A DNA stretch of 64,000 bases, taken from contig OU015570.1 of the NCBI GenBank assembly GCA_907165135.1, forward strand, positions 868,001-932,000, in the 5' to 3' direction. A model generated the notes under the pieces. The model was not told where the DNA came from and made no database searches. It saw only the letters and a program-made list of their open reading frames with translations. Source of the DNA: Oikopleura dioica (Eukaryota; Animalia; Chordata). Numbering within the stretch: the first letter of the stretch is position 1; every line of letters begins with the position of its first letter. The position numbers and the translations under genes were made by a program. Of the stretch, positions 10,079 to 20,992 are shown piece after piece.

Positions 10079-10473
10079 TGTGTTTCGAGATCAGATCATT
10101 TTTCCAGAATTGGGCTCGAGTGCATTTTATGATTCTGAGTTCATTCACTCCTCAAAATTTAATTCCACTGCAAAGATGGCAAAACGAGAAAAGAATCCTT
10201 GGCAGAGAAGAAAAAATATGCGCAGATTTTAGTGAAGGCGCCAAAACAAAAAGATGGTAGGAAGACTGTGATGGAGCTTTATCGAAAGAAGAATGATGGA
10301 GGAAGATCTGATCGAGCATTTCCTGGCGCTTCAAATTGATGAAACACAAGCCGCGACCCCGAGGGAGATTGAAGAAGAGCCTCAAGGTCAAGTGACAGAG
10401 AGCACCGACACTGCAAAACCTTTGACTTCGAAATGCCCAGAAAAGCAATCAAAGATTACAAATTTTTTTAATA

Positions 10474-11899
10474 CAGTGAAAACCCATTTTAAGGCTCACC
10501 CTTTTAAGGCCACTTTTTCGGAAAATCTCCAAAATCTGTCATCCTAAAAAAATCCACTTTAGGGCCATTTTTTTTTATTTTTTTTTTCAAAATCCGGAAG
10601 GAGCAATTTCGCTTGTAAAAGCCAGTTATCAGCGACTGTGTCTACGGCCATTTCGAAGTCAATGGCTTTTCAAAGTCGGCATTGTCTGTCACTTGAACTT
10701 AAGGCACTTCTTCAATCTTCATCCGAGTTCAAGGAAGTGTTTCAACAATTTGAAGCGCCAGAAAATGCTCGACAAATTCTTCTCGTTTGTCCAGAACATT
10801 TTCTGCAACATCGAGATCTTCAAACTGCTTGATTTCACCTCGAAAAAATCCTCTTGAAGTAGTCCTGTGTTGATGCATGATCGCTTGAAGATTGATGGGT
10901 TCAAGTGCATGAAGATTTCGATGGAGATTTTCGATCCATTTCTCTGATATGTTGACAGAAAAATATTTTTGAAAAAAAGAATCATTAGGAGTCCAATTAA
11001 AAGACTCTATTTGGAATCCTACTTGATTCGGGCGATAGAAACACGCGGTTGACTCGGGCCTTTCCCAATTAACCCTTATGAGTCATTTTTGTCCCAAAAA
11101 TATGTGAAAATTTGTTGTTATCCGACGAAAGGCAAAAAAATCCATTTTAAGGGATCCCCCCCCCGTTTTCGCCATTTTTAATGGCAAACTACTTTTTTTT
11201 TGGCTTACCATTTAACGCGTGCAATAGCGCAAATGAAAGCTCGTTCATAGCGGCTAATTCTCTAGTACAGAGAAAAAAATACATCAACGCAAACCTTTCA
11301 CAAGGGGGCGCTGAAGTTAGTGTTTTTCGAAAAAACGCCGTTTTTGGCCATTTTCAACAGCAAACTACTTTTTTTTGGGCTTAGCTAGAATAAATCTGCG
11401 ACTAGATTTACAAAGAGTAGAGCCTGATCTTGAATCTCTAGTACAGAGAAATTGTTTGGTCAAGTAAGAAAAATTTTTTCTTAAGAATAACTTTTAGATG
11501 TCATTTTGGCCCTTTTTTGAATTCAAATTGCTCTCTAGCACCGATATGTGGCCAAAAATTCCTATGCGGTTACTTAATTCTTACTCAGTGCATTCTGAGC
11601 GTTCGATAGACCCCTCGTATGTCTATTTTCGATGACATCGAAAAGTCGAAAAAATTGCGATTTTCACGCTTAAGTACAAATTACATGCATTTTTACGATT
11701 TTCGAGGGTCAAAATTTTGGGTAAAAATGCTCGTAAAGGGGACATATAATATATCAAAATGATCCTCAGAACACGAGGAATCTAAATATGCCACATAGAC
11801 ACCCGTCATGAAGATTTGAAAAAACGGGGGGGGATCCCTTAAGGCCACTTTTGAAATTCGCTGTCATCCAAAAAGGGGCCTTAAAATTGGTTTTCACTG
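10474..11899. mobile_element. composite non-autonomous element with CAGTGAAAACC(C/A)ATTTTAAGGC TIRs
   Basis: TA at 10472-10473 and 11900-11901; host sequence rejoins as in the uninterrupted copy near 29.28 kb. Carries an inverted family-F fragment (~10600-10990). Confidence 0.82.
11151..11838. mobile_element. TTAA-flanked MITE with GGGATCCC termini (Kolobok-like)
   Basis: TTAA at 11147-11150 and 11839-11842. Related pieces at ~6050-6505 and ~44505-44850. Confidence 0.75.
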
Positions 11900-12681
11900 T
11901 AAATGATTCTTTGGGAGTCTAAAAGTTATTTGATTTTAAATAAAAATCTTAAAAACGCTCTTAAGTTGGAATTTTTGCAGATGACAACATTTTCACAATA
12001 CACGCAAAAACGCTCTTAAGTCGGGCGGAAAACCACGGTAAATTCTGACAAAATAATCCGATTATCTCGAAAAAAAGATCAAAGTGAGAAAAAAACCACA
12101 CTTCTGAAAAGGAAGGAAAATTTGGATCGATTTGGATAGGACATTTTTTTTGGGGCAATGATTCAAACTTCTGGATATTTTTGAAGAAATCCTGAGACTA
12201 AAAATGTCCAGATCTTCTATAATTAGGAGTTACTTCTATAAAACGATTAAAACAATGATGATTGGTATTAAAATATTCGTTATTTAATGAACAGACTGAT
12301 TCCGCAAATTATTTTCTGAAGTAATTTATTATTCACGAAAAAATTTTTGGGTTCTTGTTTGGCGGTAAATTGGAAGTGCGGGATCTCTTTGGAGGGATAC
12401 GCGCCCGACGCCAGAGGCACTTTTCGCCGAGAGCGAGAGTTCGAAAAGTCCGAAAGCGAAATTTCCCCTGGGCCTTGCGCCCAAGCGCCATCACCCGCTT
12501 GCAGTCAGTCCGAATGAAATTGCGGTACTTGAAGTTCTGAAGCCTGAAAATTTTGCAGGTCAAATTAACTTATTTATTAATCGATAAGATGTCAATATAA
12601 CTAGGGTGGCCCGCAAAAAATAAGCTTTTGATGTAAAAGAGCTAGATATCTCATTTTTGGATATGTAAGGAATCCTTAATA

Positions 12682-12959
12682 CAGTTATTTTCCTCTTTTG
12701 TGGACATTTTTGTCCCAAAATTTCATAAAAATGTCCATTTTTTTTACCATTTTTGGTCAATTACACAGTAAAAGCCATTGATTTCAAATAAAAAATCCTG
12801 ATTTTTGAAAAAACACCCTATTTTTTCCTCTTAAATTTTCTCGGCTGGACAAATGGCCACAAAAATGGAACATTATCCTTGCAAAAGTGTCCCACGAAAA
12901 CCCCTTAAAATAAAGATAATGTCCAAAAAAATTGGGGCCAAAAAAAAGGAAAAAAACTG
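12682..12959. mobile_element. TA-flanked MITE (CAGTT.TTTTCC TIR family)
   Basis: TIR shared with the copies at 20993, 24088 and 48287. Confidence 0.7.
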
Positions 12960-13534
12960 TATAACTCAGTCTTTTAAACCATACTTTAACTTTATCGACC
13001 CATTGAGTTTTAAGATCATAGAGATCAGTCTTGAGAGAGTTCTTAAAATTCGAAGGACCTAATTTCCAGCCCTCATTTTCATCTTATTATTCATTTTAAT
13101 TCGACCATGTGTATTCAAATTTGATTGAAAGACAATCATTGTATTGCGATCGTTTTCACATTTATGGCATAGTCTGGCTCAGATGAGTACGACGGTTGTT
13201 TTTGATGAAATGAAATACAGTTTATTCGCACAATGTGCGAGTCAACTGTATTTTTTGGTACAAAAAAAATAATTTGCTTTTTATTGGCTCATCTGAAAAC
13301 GCATTAAAAACTGGTCTAGAAATTGCTTCTCTTATTAGCCATGACGTCATTGATGACGTCACAGCGCTCCCTTAAGACTGTATTTTGGCCCAAATAAAAA
13401 ATTTGTAATCAAAAATTTTTTGGTCTGATCACCTGATCACGTGATACGGACCCTCGAAAAGCTAGAAAAGCTTGCCGAGCTAGATCTCCTTATCCTACTA
13501 GATCAAACTATAGTCTATAGCTTACTTGAAAGAG

Positions 13535-13995
13535 TGTAAGGTTTTACATATACAGTTAGAGCAAAGCTACGCTCTGAACTATTGCTGTTTCAGCACCAAA
13601 ATGACGCCAGCTTACATTTTGTATCCACTTGCACCCAAAATGTGGACCATGCGCGAAGTCTACATTAACAATTCATAAACGCGCACAGATGTGACAACCG
13701 TTGACAGCTGCAATCACCTGCGTCAAAGAAGAGAGTTCACTGTTCACATTTTGTACTCACCTACATCCCAAATGTGAAGCCTGCTTACATTTTGAATGCA
13801 CACAAAATGTAACCGACGACAAGTATATAAAGAGCTTTTCTCACTGTACTTTCAACACCATTCACTAAAAACACTACTACGAAAACACCAACACTTTAGC
13901 AACGACTACACCACCTTCATGTTACAATAAACAAAGTCTCACCTTACCAATTGTAGCGCGTCATTATTATAAAACCGTTACAAATGGTGACTGAG
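13535..13995 (+). mobile_element. LTR (13535-13982, TGTAA...TTACA) and PBS TGGTGACTGAG of a second gypsy-type family
   Basis: Canonical ends, TATATAAA at ~13825, AATAAA at ~13926, PBS 2 nt downstream, gag remnant follows. Confidence 0.7.
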
Positions 13996-14317
13996 TCTTG
14001 AAACGAACCAACTCCCCATTATTTGAAAATTTTTGAACACAGGTTTCTTCGAGAATTTGTTTTCGAGATGATGATACCACTGGAAATGTTAAATTTCTCG
14101 AAGATAAGTTTGATTGCAAAAATCAGCATTTTGCCCGACCTGACTACAAAATAAACCTGAATTAAATCAAAGCTCTCATGAATGCGTAATCCGTCGAAGA
14201 ACACTTGATGAGCTCAGACATCGACGACTGCAACGAGCACTCCGACGAAAATGTCTCAGTAACCGGCATGGACGACACCATTCGACTTAACACTGGACAA
14301 ATAAAAAAGAAGCTGCA

Positions 14318-16050
14318 TTGCCAAAAACTCACGAGAAAAATATAAAATCTGATATTCAAAGTGTTCAAGAACTCGTTGACACGGGAAAAGAAACCGTCCC
14401 CGAAATCCGACTTCTACTTGGAGCTTTTCGCGAAACCGAAATTCCTAAAAACACTCCAAAAACGAAACCTCCTGCACAACCACGAAATACACTTCGATCA
14501 CGAGAACAGATAGTTTCTCGGAGCAAAGTGCCGAACGTAAAAGTGAAAAGCCCTAAATTCGACTCGAATCTCCCTGTTTGTGCATGGATCCGCAATATGG
14601 AAATCTACGGAAAGATATCTCGCCTCGACGATGAGTCCTTGATAACTGTAGCGCTATGCAGTTTGCTCTCAGAAGATGAGGGAAGCCACATAATTGAAAG
14701 CCTCACAAACAACGAGCTTCTTAAGGCTACGGGGGTCGACGAGGCTCTAACCATGGCCTTATTCCGGGAAACCAAAAAGAGTTGGGGGCTTGAATCTTTC
14801 ATTAATAGTTAATTTGAACCTAGATCTTGACTTGCATAGAAGAAAATCTTAAGTTTATAGACATTTTCTTGCCAAGAAATCGCTTCAAAGTTGGCAACTC
14901 GACCTATATTAGGGTAAAATTGGTTTCAATTCTGAAGAATTGAACCTATAAACCTATGCTTACAATATTTTTAAATGAAATTTCAAACCTTTTTAAGCCT
15001 TTGTATAGAAAGAAATCGTGGATTGAATCAATAAAAATATCGAATTTAATTTTTTGAAAAGTGGATCTCGTTAAAAATTGCATTTTTTGAAAGAACGATT
15101 AACGATTTTCGCTGTAAAATCCAAAATATCTGGTATCATTAAAAACCAAGGCTACCATTAGATTTCTCGTGCTCTGCGCTTTCGAAAGAGCCCCAAATGA
15201 CAAAAATCCAAGCCAAAAAATTTTTTTCGGTCAAAGTTCTAGCGCTCGTATCTCGGAAACTACAAATGATAACAACTCACTTTCAACTGTAAGTCTACTT
15301 TATTTTTTGCGGTAAATTCACCTGGCATAATGGATATTGTCATACTTTCAAGTTAAGACCACATATAACGTCGACCCCCGTACCCTTAATTGGCCCTCGT
15401 TCAAGAAAAAACTGATCGAAACTCTCGGGAGGACACGGGACTACTGCAAACATGAATTCGAAAATTACATGCGAAAATCACAGAGTTGCGTCGAACTGAT
15501 CAGGAACTTTTGATCGAACGATTCTGCTAAGCTCAAGATGATAAGTTGAAGGAACTTCTCTTGCGCGAAAAAGGCTCACTCAACATGCAAAGCATAGTAT
15601 GCCGAGCAAACGAACTCGAACGATCAATGCCGAAACAGAAAGAAGTTAATTTAGCCATTCCTTCAGTTGCGAATCACGAAAATCTTGAAGTGAAGATCGA
15701 AAACCTCATTAAAATCGTCCAGAAATAGGTTTAAGCTGATGCAGAACGGAAGAAAAAGCCGCAAACAACCAAGAAGCGACCAGCGATCTTTCATGAAAAA
15801 CACAGGGGTATTGTATGAAATTCATTCGAGACAAAAATGCTCTTTCGGAAAGAACTGAAAATGTATCCACGATGCTGATAATGCGCCGACATCGGTCAAG
15901 AATTAGGCGAAAACCTTATGACTGTGGAACCCCCTGTGGAACTTTCATGTCCCAACTATCTCTCTTGTCCAAAGTCACTCAAATTTGTCAATGTCACCAT
16001 CAACGATTACAACGTTCCCGCACTCGTTGATTCTGCATGTTCCCGTACTT
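14318..16050 (+). pseudogene. degenerate gag-protease related to the 729-2003 element
   Basis: PKFDSNLPVCAWIRNMEIYG...NELLN|WPSFKKKLIETLG across the insertion; degenerate CCCH (QGYCMKFIRD); SLKFVNVTINDYNVPALVDSACSRTC. Several frameshifts. Confidence 0.85.
14725..15385. mobile_element. 661-bp TTAA-flanked MITE (Kolobok-like) inserted in gag
   Basis: TIR GG(C/G)TACGGGGGTCGACG; TTAA at 14721-14724 and 15386-15389. Removing it restores the gag frame. Confidence 0.88.
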
Positions 16051-16636
16051 GTATCTGATAAGAATTGACAAGACTGGAACGAAAATTTAAAGTCGATCGA
16101 GGTTTTATTGAATTTGAATGTTTTTGGCAGAGCGGAAATCGCTTATAAAGGGAGTCAGAGTCAGTCAAGTGTTTCAAAGTGGGGAAATAAGTCAGTTGTT
16201 TATGATTGCAATCGTCGATTCGTCACGTCGATAACTGTAATCAGGTCAGCGCACATTAGAATAGGGTAGAGTGGAGGGCTTTGTACAAGTCAGGTCAAAG
16301 GTAAGAAATATGTAAAATATTACTTATATTTTACAAAAGTCGAAATAACTTATGTCCAGGGCGAGTGAGTAATAAATATGTAAAATATTACTAAAATTTT
16401 ACAAAAATCTCTATGAATGTCTAAGTGGCGCAAAAGTAAGAGATTTGTAAAAAAATACTATAATTTTACAAAAGTCCAAGTAACCTATATCCGTGACGAG
16501 TGAGTAAGATAAATGTAAAAAATTACAAAAATTTGACAGAGTGGTTAGATCGAAGGATTTAATATTTCCCGGTTCGCCCAGTCGTGTCAACGGTGACTTG
16601 TCGGCGGGTTTCCCAGATGGAGGATTTTCTGAAGTT

Positions 16637-17407
16637 TTACGCAAAGTGGGCTGGATCGATTATGAGATTTCCATTGGGCGTTGTTTTGAGGAAAGGATAT
16701 TTTTCTTTTGCTTTTGTCGTGATTTCTGTCGTAAGTTCGCTTTTTGACTTGCCATTGGTTTCTATTGTCAGTCCCATGTGTTTCGCAAGCACGCCCATCT
16801 CAACAATTGTGAAAGCACTAAGGTATGTCTTTCTTTCAAGCATCAGGGCGTTGTGTTTTATCAGGAAGTATCCTTCGTCATCTTTTTCCCAATCAGGATG
16901 ATTTGTCTTGATCCATTCATTTATCTTCTCAATTTTCTTCGCCTTGGAGTTTTTGAGTGAAGCCCATGTCCCAAGTTTTATTCCGCATTTGTAGTCGCGG
17001 ATAAATTTTTCAAGCGCTCTTTCGTGAAGATTCGCTATTCTTTGAACAACAGGAGAGACAAGCTTTCGCGGTTGCTCAGGTTGTGGCGGATCGCTGGTTT
17101 ACTCTGCAACCTCCGTTGAGCCGCTTTGAATTGATTCGTTGTCATCGATAGTCCCTTCAGCATCGTAAAAGATTGTCCCGTTAGCCGGATTCGGTGATGT
17201 CGGCTCTGAATGATTGGCTTGGTTGATGATTTCCTGGCTTGATGATTCTTCGATTTGGTCGTCTTGGTTGAAGTTTTCCCCAAGATTTAGGGAGGCAGTT
17301 GCGCTTAAGTTAGTTATATTAAAGCTCGGTTCTGGTGAACTCCGCGTCGTCTGGCTTCGAGTTCGGATTGAGTATGATGTTCTCTTTCGCGTGTCTCGTC
17401 TCGGCAT
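16637..17407 (-). pseudogene. unclassified ORF (~256 codons, one in-frame TAA): S/T/E-rich N-terminus plus two tandem helical repeats
   Basis: Supplied ORFs 17099-17407 and 16637-16843 share a frame and are joined by open sequence after TAA at 17099-17101. Repeat 2 (FTIVEMGVLAKHMGLTIETNGKSKSELTTEI) resembles HeH/SAP/Rho-N folds. Confidence 0.55.
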
Positions 17408-17570
17408 CTTTGCATTCGGAGGTTCGGGCTTGAGTTGATCTTGGCTGTCCGGACATTGCGATCTGGTGACAAAAGGTCTGAGGTGTGATATGTGTCGGCT
17501 CAGTTCCCTGCCCGAGTCGAGGTTTTCGAGGGTGAAGCTAAGACCTTGCTTTTGTACTTTTGTTATTGAT

Positions 17571-17930
17571 CAATCAGAGTCAGGGCGAAGCCGACCCGAA
17601 GGGGAGGCCACGCCCGTTCATTCTCTTCAATCAGAGTCAGGGCGAAGCCGACCCGAAGGGGAGGCCATGCCTGTTCATTCTTTTCAATCAGGGTCAAGGC
17701 GAAGCCAACCCGAAGGGGAGGCCACGCCCGTTCATTCTTTTCAATCAGGGCCAGGGCGAAGCCGACCCGAAGGGGAGGCCACGCCCGTTCATTCTCCTCA
17801 ATCAGAGTCAGGGCGAAGCCGACCCGAAGGGGAGGCCACGCCCGTTCATTCTCTTCAATCAGAGTCAGGGCGAAGCCGACCCGAAGGGGAGGCCACACCC
17901 GTTCATTCTTTTCAGTCAGAGTCAGGGCGA
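17571..17930 (+). repeat. 57-bp tandem array (6 full units plus a partial)
   Basis: Unit CAATCAGAGTCAGGGCGAAGCCGACCCGAAGGGGAGGCCACGCCCGTTCATTCTCTT starting at 17571, 17628, 17685, 17742, 17799, 17856. Confidence 0.95.
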
Positions 17931-18249
17931 TTTTTTTTCAAATAACGTTCATTTTTTACAATCAGAGTAAAAACGGTGGGTTGAGCTCATTATCAGTCAG
18001 TTATGACACGCGAAAAACCGTCGATTAAAATTCATATTTTAGAGGAAGCACGTGCGTTCATTTTATAATGTCTGAGTTAGGGCAAGGGTTGTATTTTAAA
18101 CTATTTCAAGATCCCGAATATTTTGAGATTAACCGAATTCCTCAGTCTCCCAAATCATCTTGCAGGTTTTAAACAGATTCAACAATCGGGATTCCCATAG
18201 TTCAAAAATTCAACAAGACTAAAGTAAATCAGAAAAGACCTCTTAAATC

Positions 18250-18435
18250 CTATTCGCCCTGGCTCTGATTGAAAAAGTATGAACGGGCGTGAGCTCCCTT
18301 TCGGGTCGGCTTCGCCCCGACCCTGATTGAAAAAATGAATAGGCATGGCCCATGCCGCATGGCCTTCCCTTCTGGTCGGCTTCGCCCTGACTTTGATTGA
18401 AGAGAATGAACGGGCGTGGCCTCCCCTTCGGGATG
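18250..18435 (-). repeat. about 3 inverted units of the same 57-bp repeat
   Basis: Reverse complement of the unit, ~320 bp from the first array. Confidence 0.9.
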
Positions 18436-20793
18436 GCTCATCATTGAAAGCTTATCCCTGACGGCTTATCCGTGAATGCTCACTCATTATGGCTTATCCC
18501 TTGATTGCTCATCGCGACGGGTAGACCAAACCATTAAGAACCGAACCATTCTTCAAATCGAACCAGTGACTGTTTTTGACCACGCTGAGAAAGAGGGCGG
18601 TAATGAGCACAATGAGTCTGCAGTGAGGGAGACAACCCTATCTTGCCTCGAGCAAGATCGTCATCACAAAAGATCCATCAGCGGACAGCTTATCCGTAAT
18701 TGATTACTCATTATGGCTCATCTTCTTATAGCTCATCGGTAAAAGATCGTCGAAAACGCTGTTTCAGTAAAGTTACGAAACACTATCGCCTTGTTGAATG
18801 AATGCTTGTTGGTTGACAAAGTGGAACTGAAAAGGAGACTGCGCTTGATTCTGAAGAGGTTGAAGGTCGTTTCAAGTAGGGATCTGTGTTCCGAGTGTGT
18901 TGAAACTTGTGTTTAGGCAACGCCGCGGTCAAAGTGCGTTAATTCTGCCTACATTGCCCTAGATAAGGAAAGAATTGAGGCTTGTTTTTAGAAGAAGCAC
19001 CGTTTTCAGAGTGTGTTCAAGCTTATGTCATGCGAGCACCGCGAACAGTATGAGTGGATGCTTGTTTGTTACCAGAGCAGCCTGAAAATAGACTGCGCTC
19101 TTTTCAGAAAGAACTGAAGAATGGACTGAAGAATCTTTTCCGAATAAGTGGTGACAAATGAAAGAGTATGCTATTTCAAAACCTTTTCTTGAGAGTTGCT
19201 TTTGGAAGCAATTCATGGCGCTCGCCAAGGGCTATCAAGCCTTTCCTCTCGATTTTCTTGATTTCTTATGTGTTTAAAGCAGTAAATTAAGGTAAACAAG
19301 TGGTTGAAATGGGTTTGTGCAGTCCAAGAATGTTTCCTTCTGATTTTGGCGAAATTTCACTTTTCAATTTTTTTTCATCGATTTTTTTGAGTGGGTTCCG
19401 ACAAATATTTTTTGGTCAATATAGGCTCAAAAGATGCGCAAGACGTTCTTCTTTATTGTATTGGTACTAACTCACTCCGGGACCACCCTTTTCTTAACAA
19501 TTTTTTCAAAAACCGATCGGATTTTATTGGAAAAATGGCATTGTCCATCTTCAGCGCCTCATATCTCTGAAATGAGTCATGATGACGTCTTCATTCCAGT
19601 ATTGAAAATGAAGCTTAGACACTGTTTTTTGTTTAATTACAAATAATGATGACGTCATCATGACTCATCACAGAGATATGACTCATTTTTCCGATGACAT
19701 GCCAAAAAATCGTGTTTTTTGCCATAAATCACGTCTCAGATGAAAATTTTCGACGAAACTTCGGGAATGTAATTTTTAGGACCTAACAAATCTACCAAGA
19801 CCATTCGGACCTATTTTCACCGAAAGTGGAAAAAATATTCCCACCCTACTCGTCAGACTTGTTTTGATACAAATTTATTTAGAAATCATTCCCTGACTTA
19901 AATAAACACTTGGAATTTCCTATCACTTCATCCGCGGAGCGGGCGTCAACCTTGACTGAATCAATGAATTTCATTGATTGAAACACGCTAAGAAAAATCG
20001 TAAATTTGTAAAACACAATTGATGATTGTTTCTGTTTTATGTTCTTTTTTTTTTGACCGAAAACATCGCCGATATCTGTATATAGAAAATCGAAGTTCGA
20101 AGAAACGTCTTCAAGTAGATGAGACTGCTGAACATATTTGTCCGGACATTCGACTACGCATTTGTGCAAAAAGCAAAAAAATGATCCCTAGTTTCTATAG
20201 AAAATATCAATATCAGCATCAAAATAACAACACTGTCACGAAATTCTCAAAACCTGAATTCGTCAAACTCGTCAGACTGGTCAAACGGTCTGACGAGTTT
20301 GACGAGTCTGACGAGTCTGACGAATTAAGGTTCAACCCCATCTAGTGTTGGCTCTCGCGCTCCACTTAGTGTCAGCTATCGAGCACCACCTAGTGGACAC
20401 TCAGGAATGGCTCTCTAGTGAACTCTAGTGGTGACACACTAGCGCCACCTATGGTAAGCACAAAAGCATATGTTTACAGATAACAATGTATTGACTCAAT
20501 GTATGAGTTAATGTTTCACTTCTGACGCTTGAATGACATCATCCGAAGAGACTCCTGGAACCCTTCTAGCGACAATGACTCTCGCTGACAAATTATGACA
20601 TCATATTGGAGAAGATACTTGATTGTTCTATTACTGTTCTAAGAAACTTCATGATTATTCTATTACAGTTCCACGAAAGTTCTCGAACATTCTTATTATC
20701 CCTTTCTGAGTATATAAAGGCGACTTTCGCCTCAATAAATTATTATAACGAACCAAACAAAAAACACTTGTCTTTTTTATCCTTTTTGAAACC

Positions 20794-20864
20794 AGCAAAC
20801 AACAGCAGAAGCAACAACAGCAGCAGCAACAACACCAGCAGCAGCAACCACAACGGCCGCTGAG
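20794..20864 (+). repeat. CAG/CAA-type low-complexity tract, possibly a Thr/Ala-rich exon
   Basis: One frame reads TTAEATTAAATTPAAATTTAAEQSVVTSSLT between a CCAG acceptor-like site and a GT. Confidence 0.5.
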
Positions 20865-20992
20865 CAATCAGTGGTAACAAGTTCTCTCACGGGTACTTGC
20901 GAACTCAGGTCTACGCTTTAGTTGAGCTGTTTAGAGTCTTGAATCTTGTAGTCGTAGTGTATTGTCTGTTAAGTCGTACACGCATAGACATA

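Larger units (their letters stand above)
10140..12038 (+). mobile_element. 3' end of a pogo-like DNA transposon (family F), interrupted by a composite MITE
   Basis: Acidic C-terminal frame ending KQSKITNFF(NK*); terminus ...GGAAAACCACGG-TA. Same end at 29190 (reverse) and 59747. Confidence 0.65.

Noticed and set aside
17571-17930. CRISPR-like repeat array
   Set aside because: Units are contiguous with no unique spacers, no cas genes, and the context is eukaryotic. The same applies to the 58.1 and 61.1 kb arrays.
17466-17970. Three overlapping repetitive ORFs (159, 136, 111 aa)
   Set aside because: By-product of a stop-poor 57-bp unit (a multiple of 3); open in several frames on both strands.
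19879-20169. ORF with CVVECP, possible host exon
   Set aside because: One short motif, no supporting neighbouring exons identified.
20655-20867. Poly-Cys ORF
   Set aside because: Reverse reading of the CAG/CAA tract.
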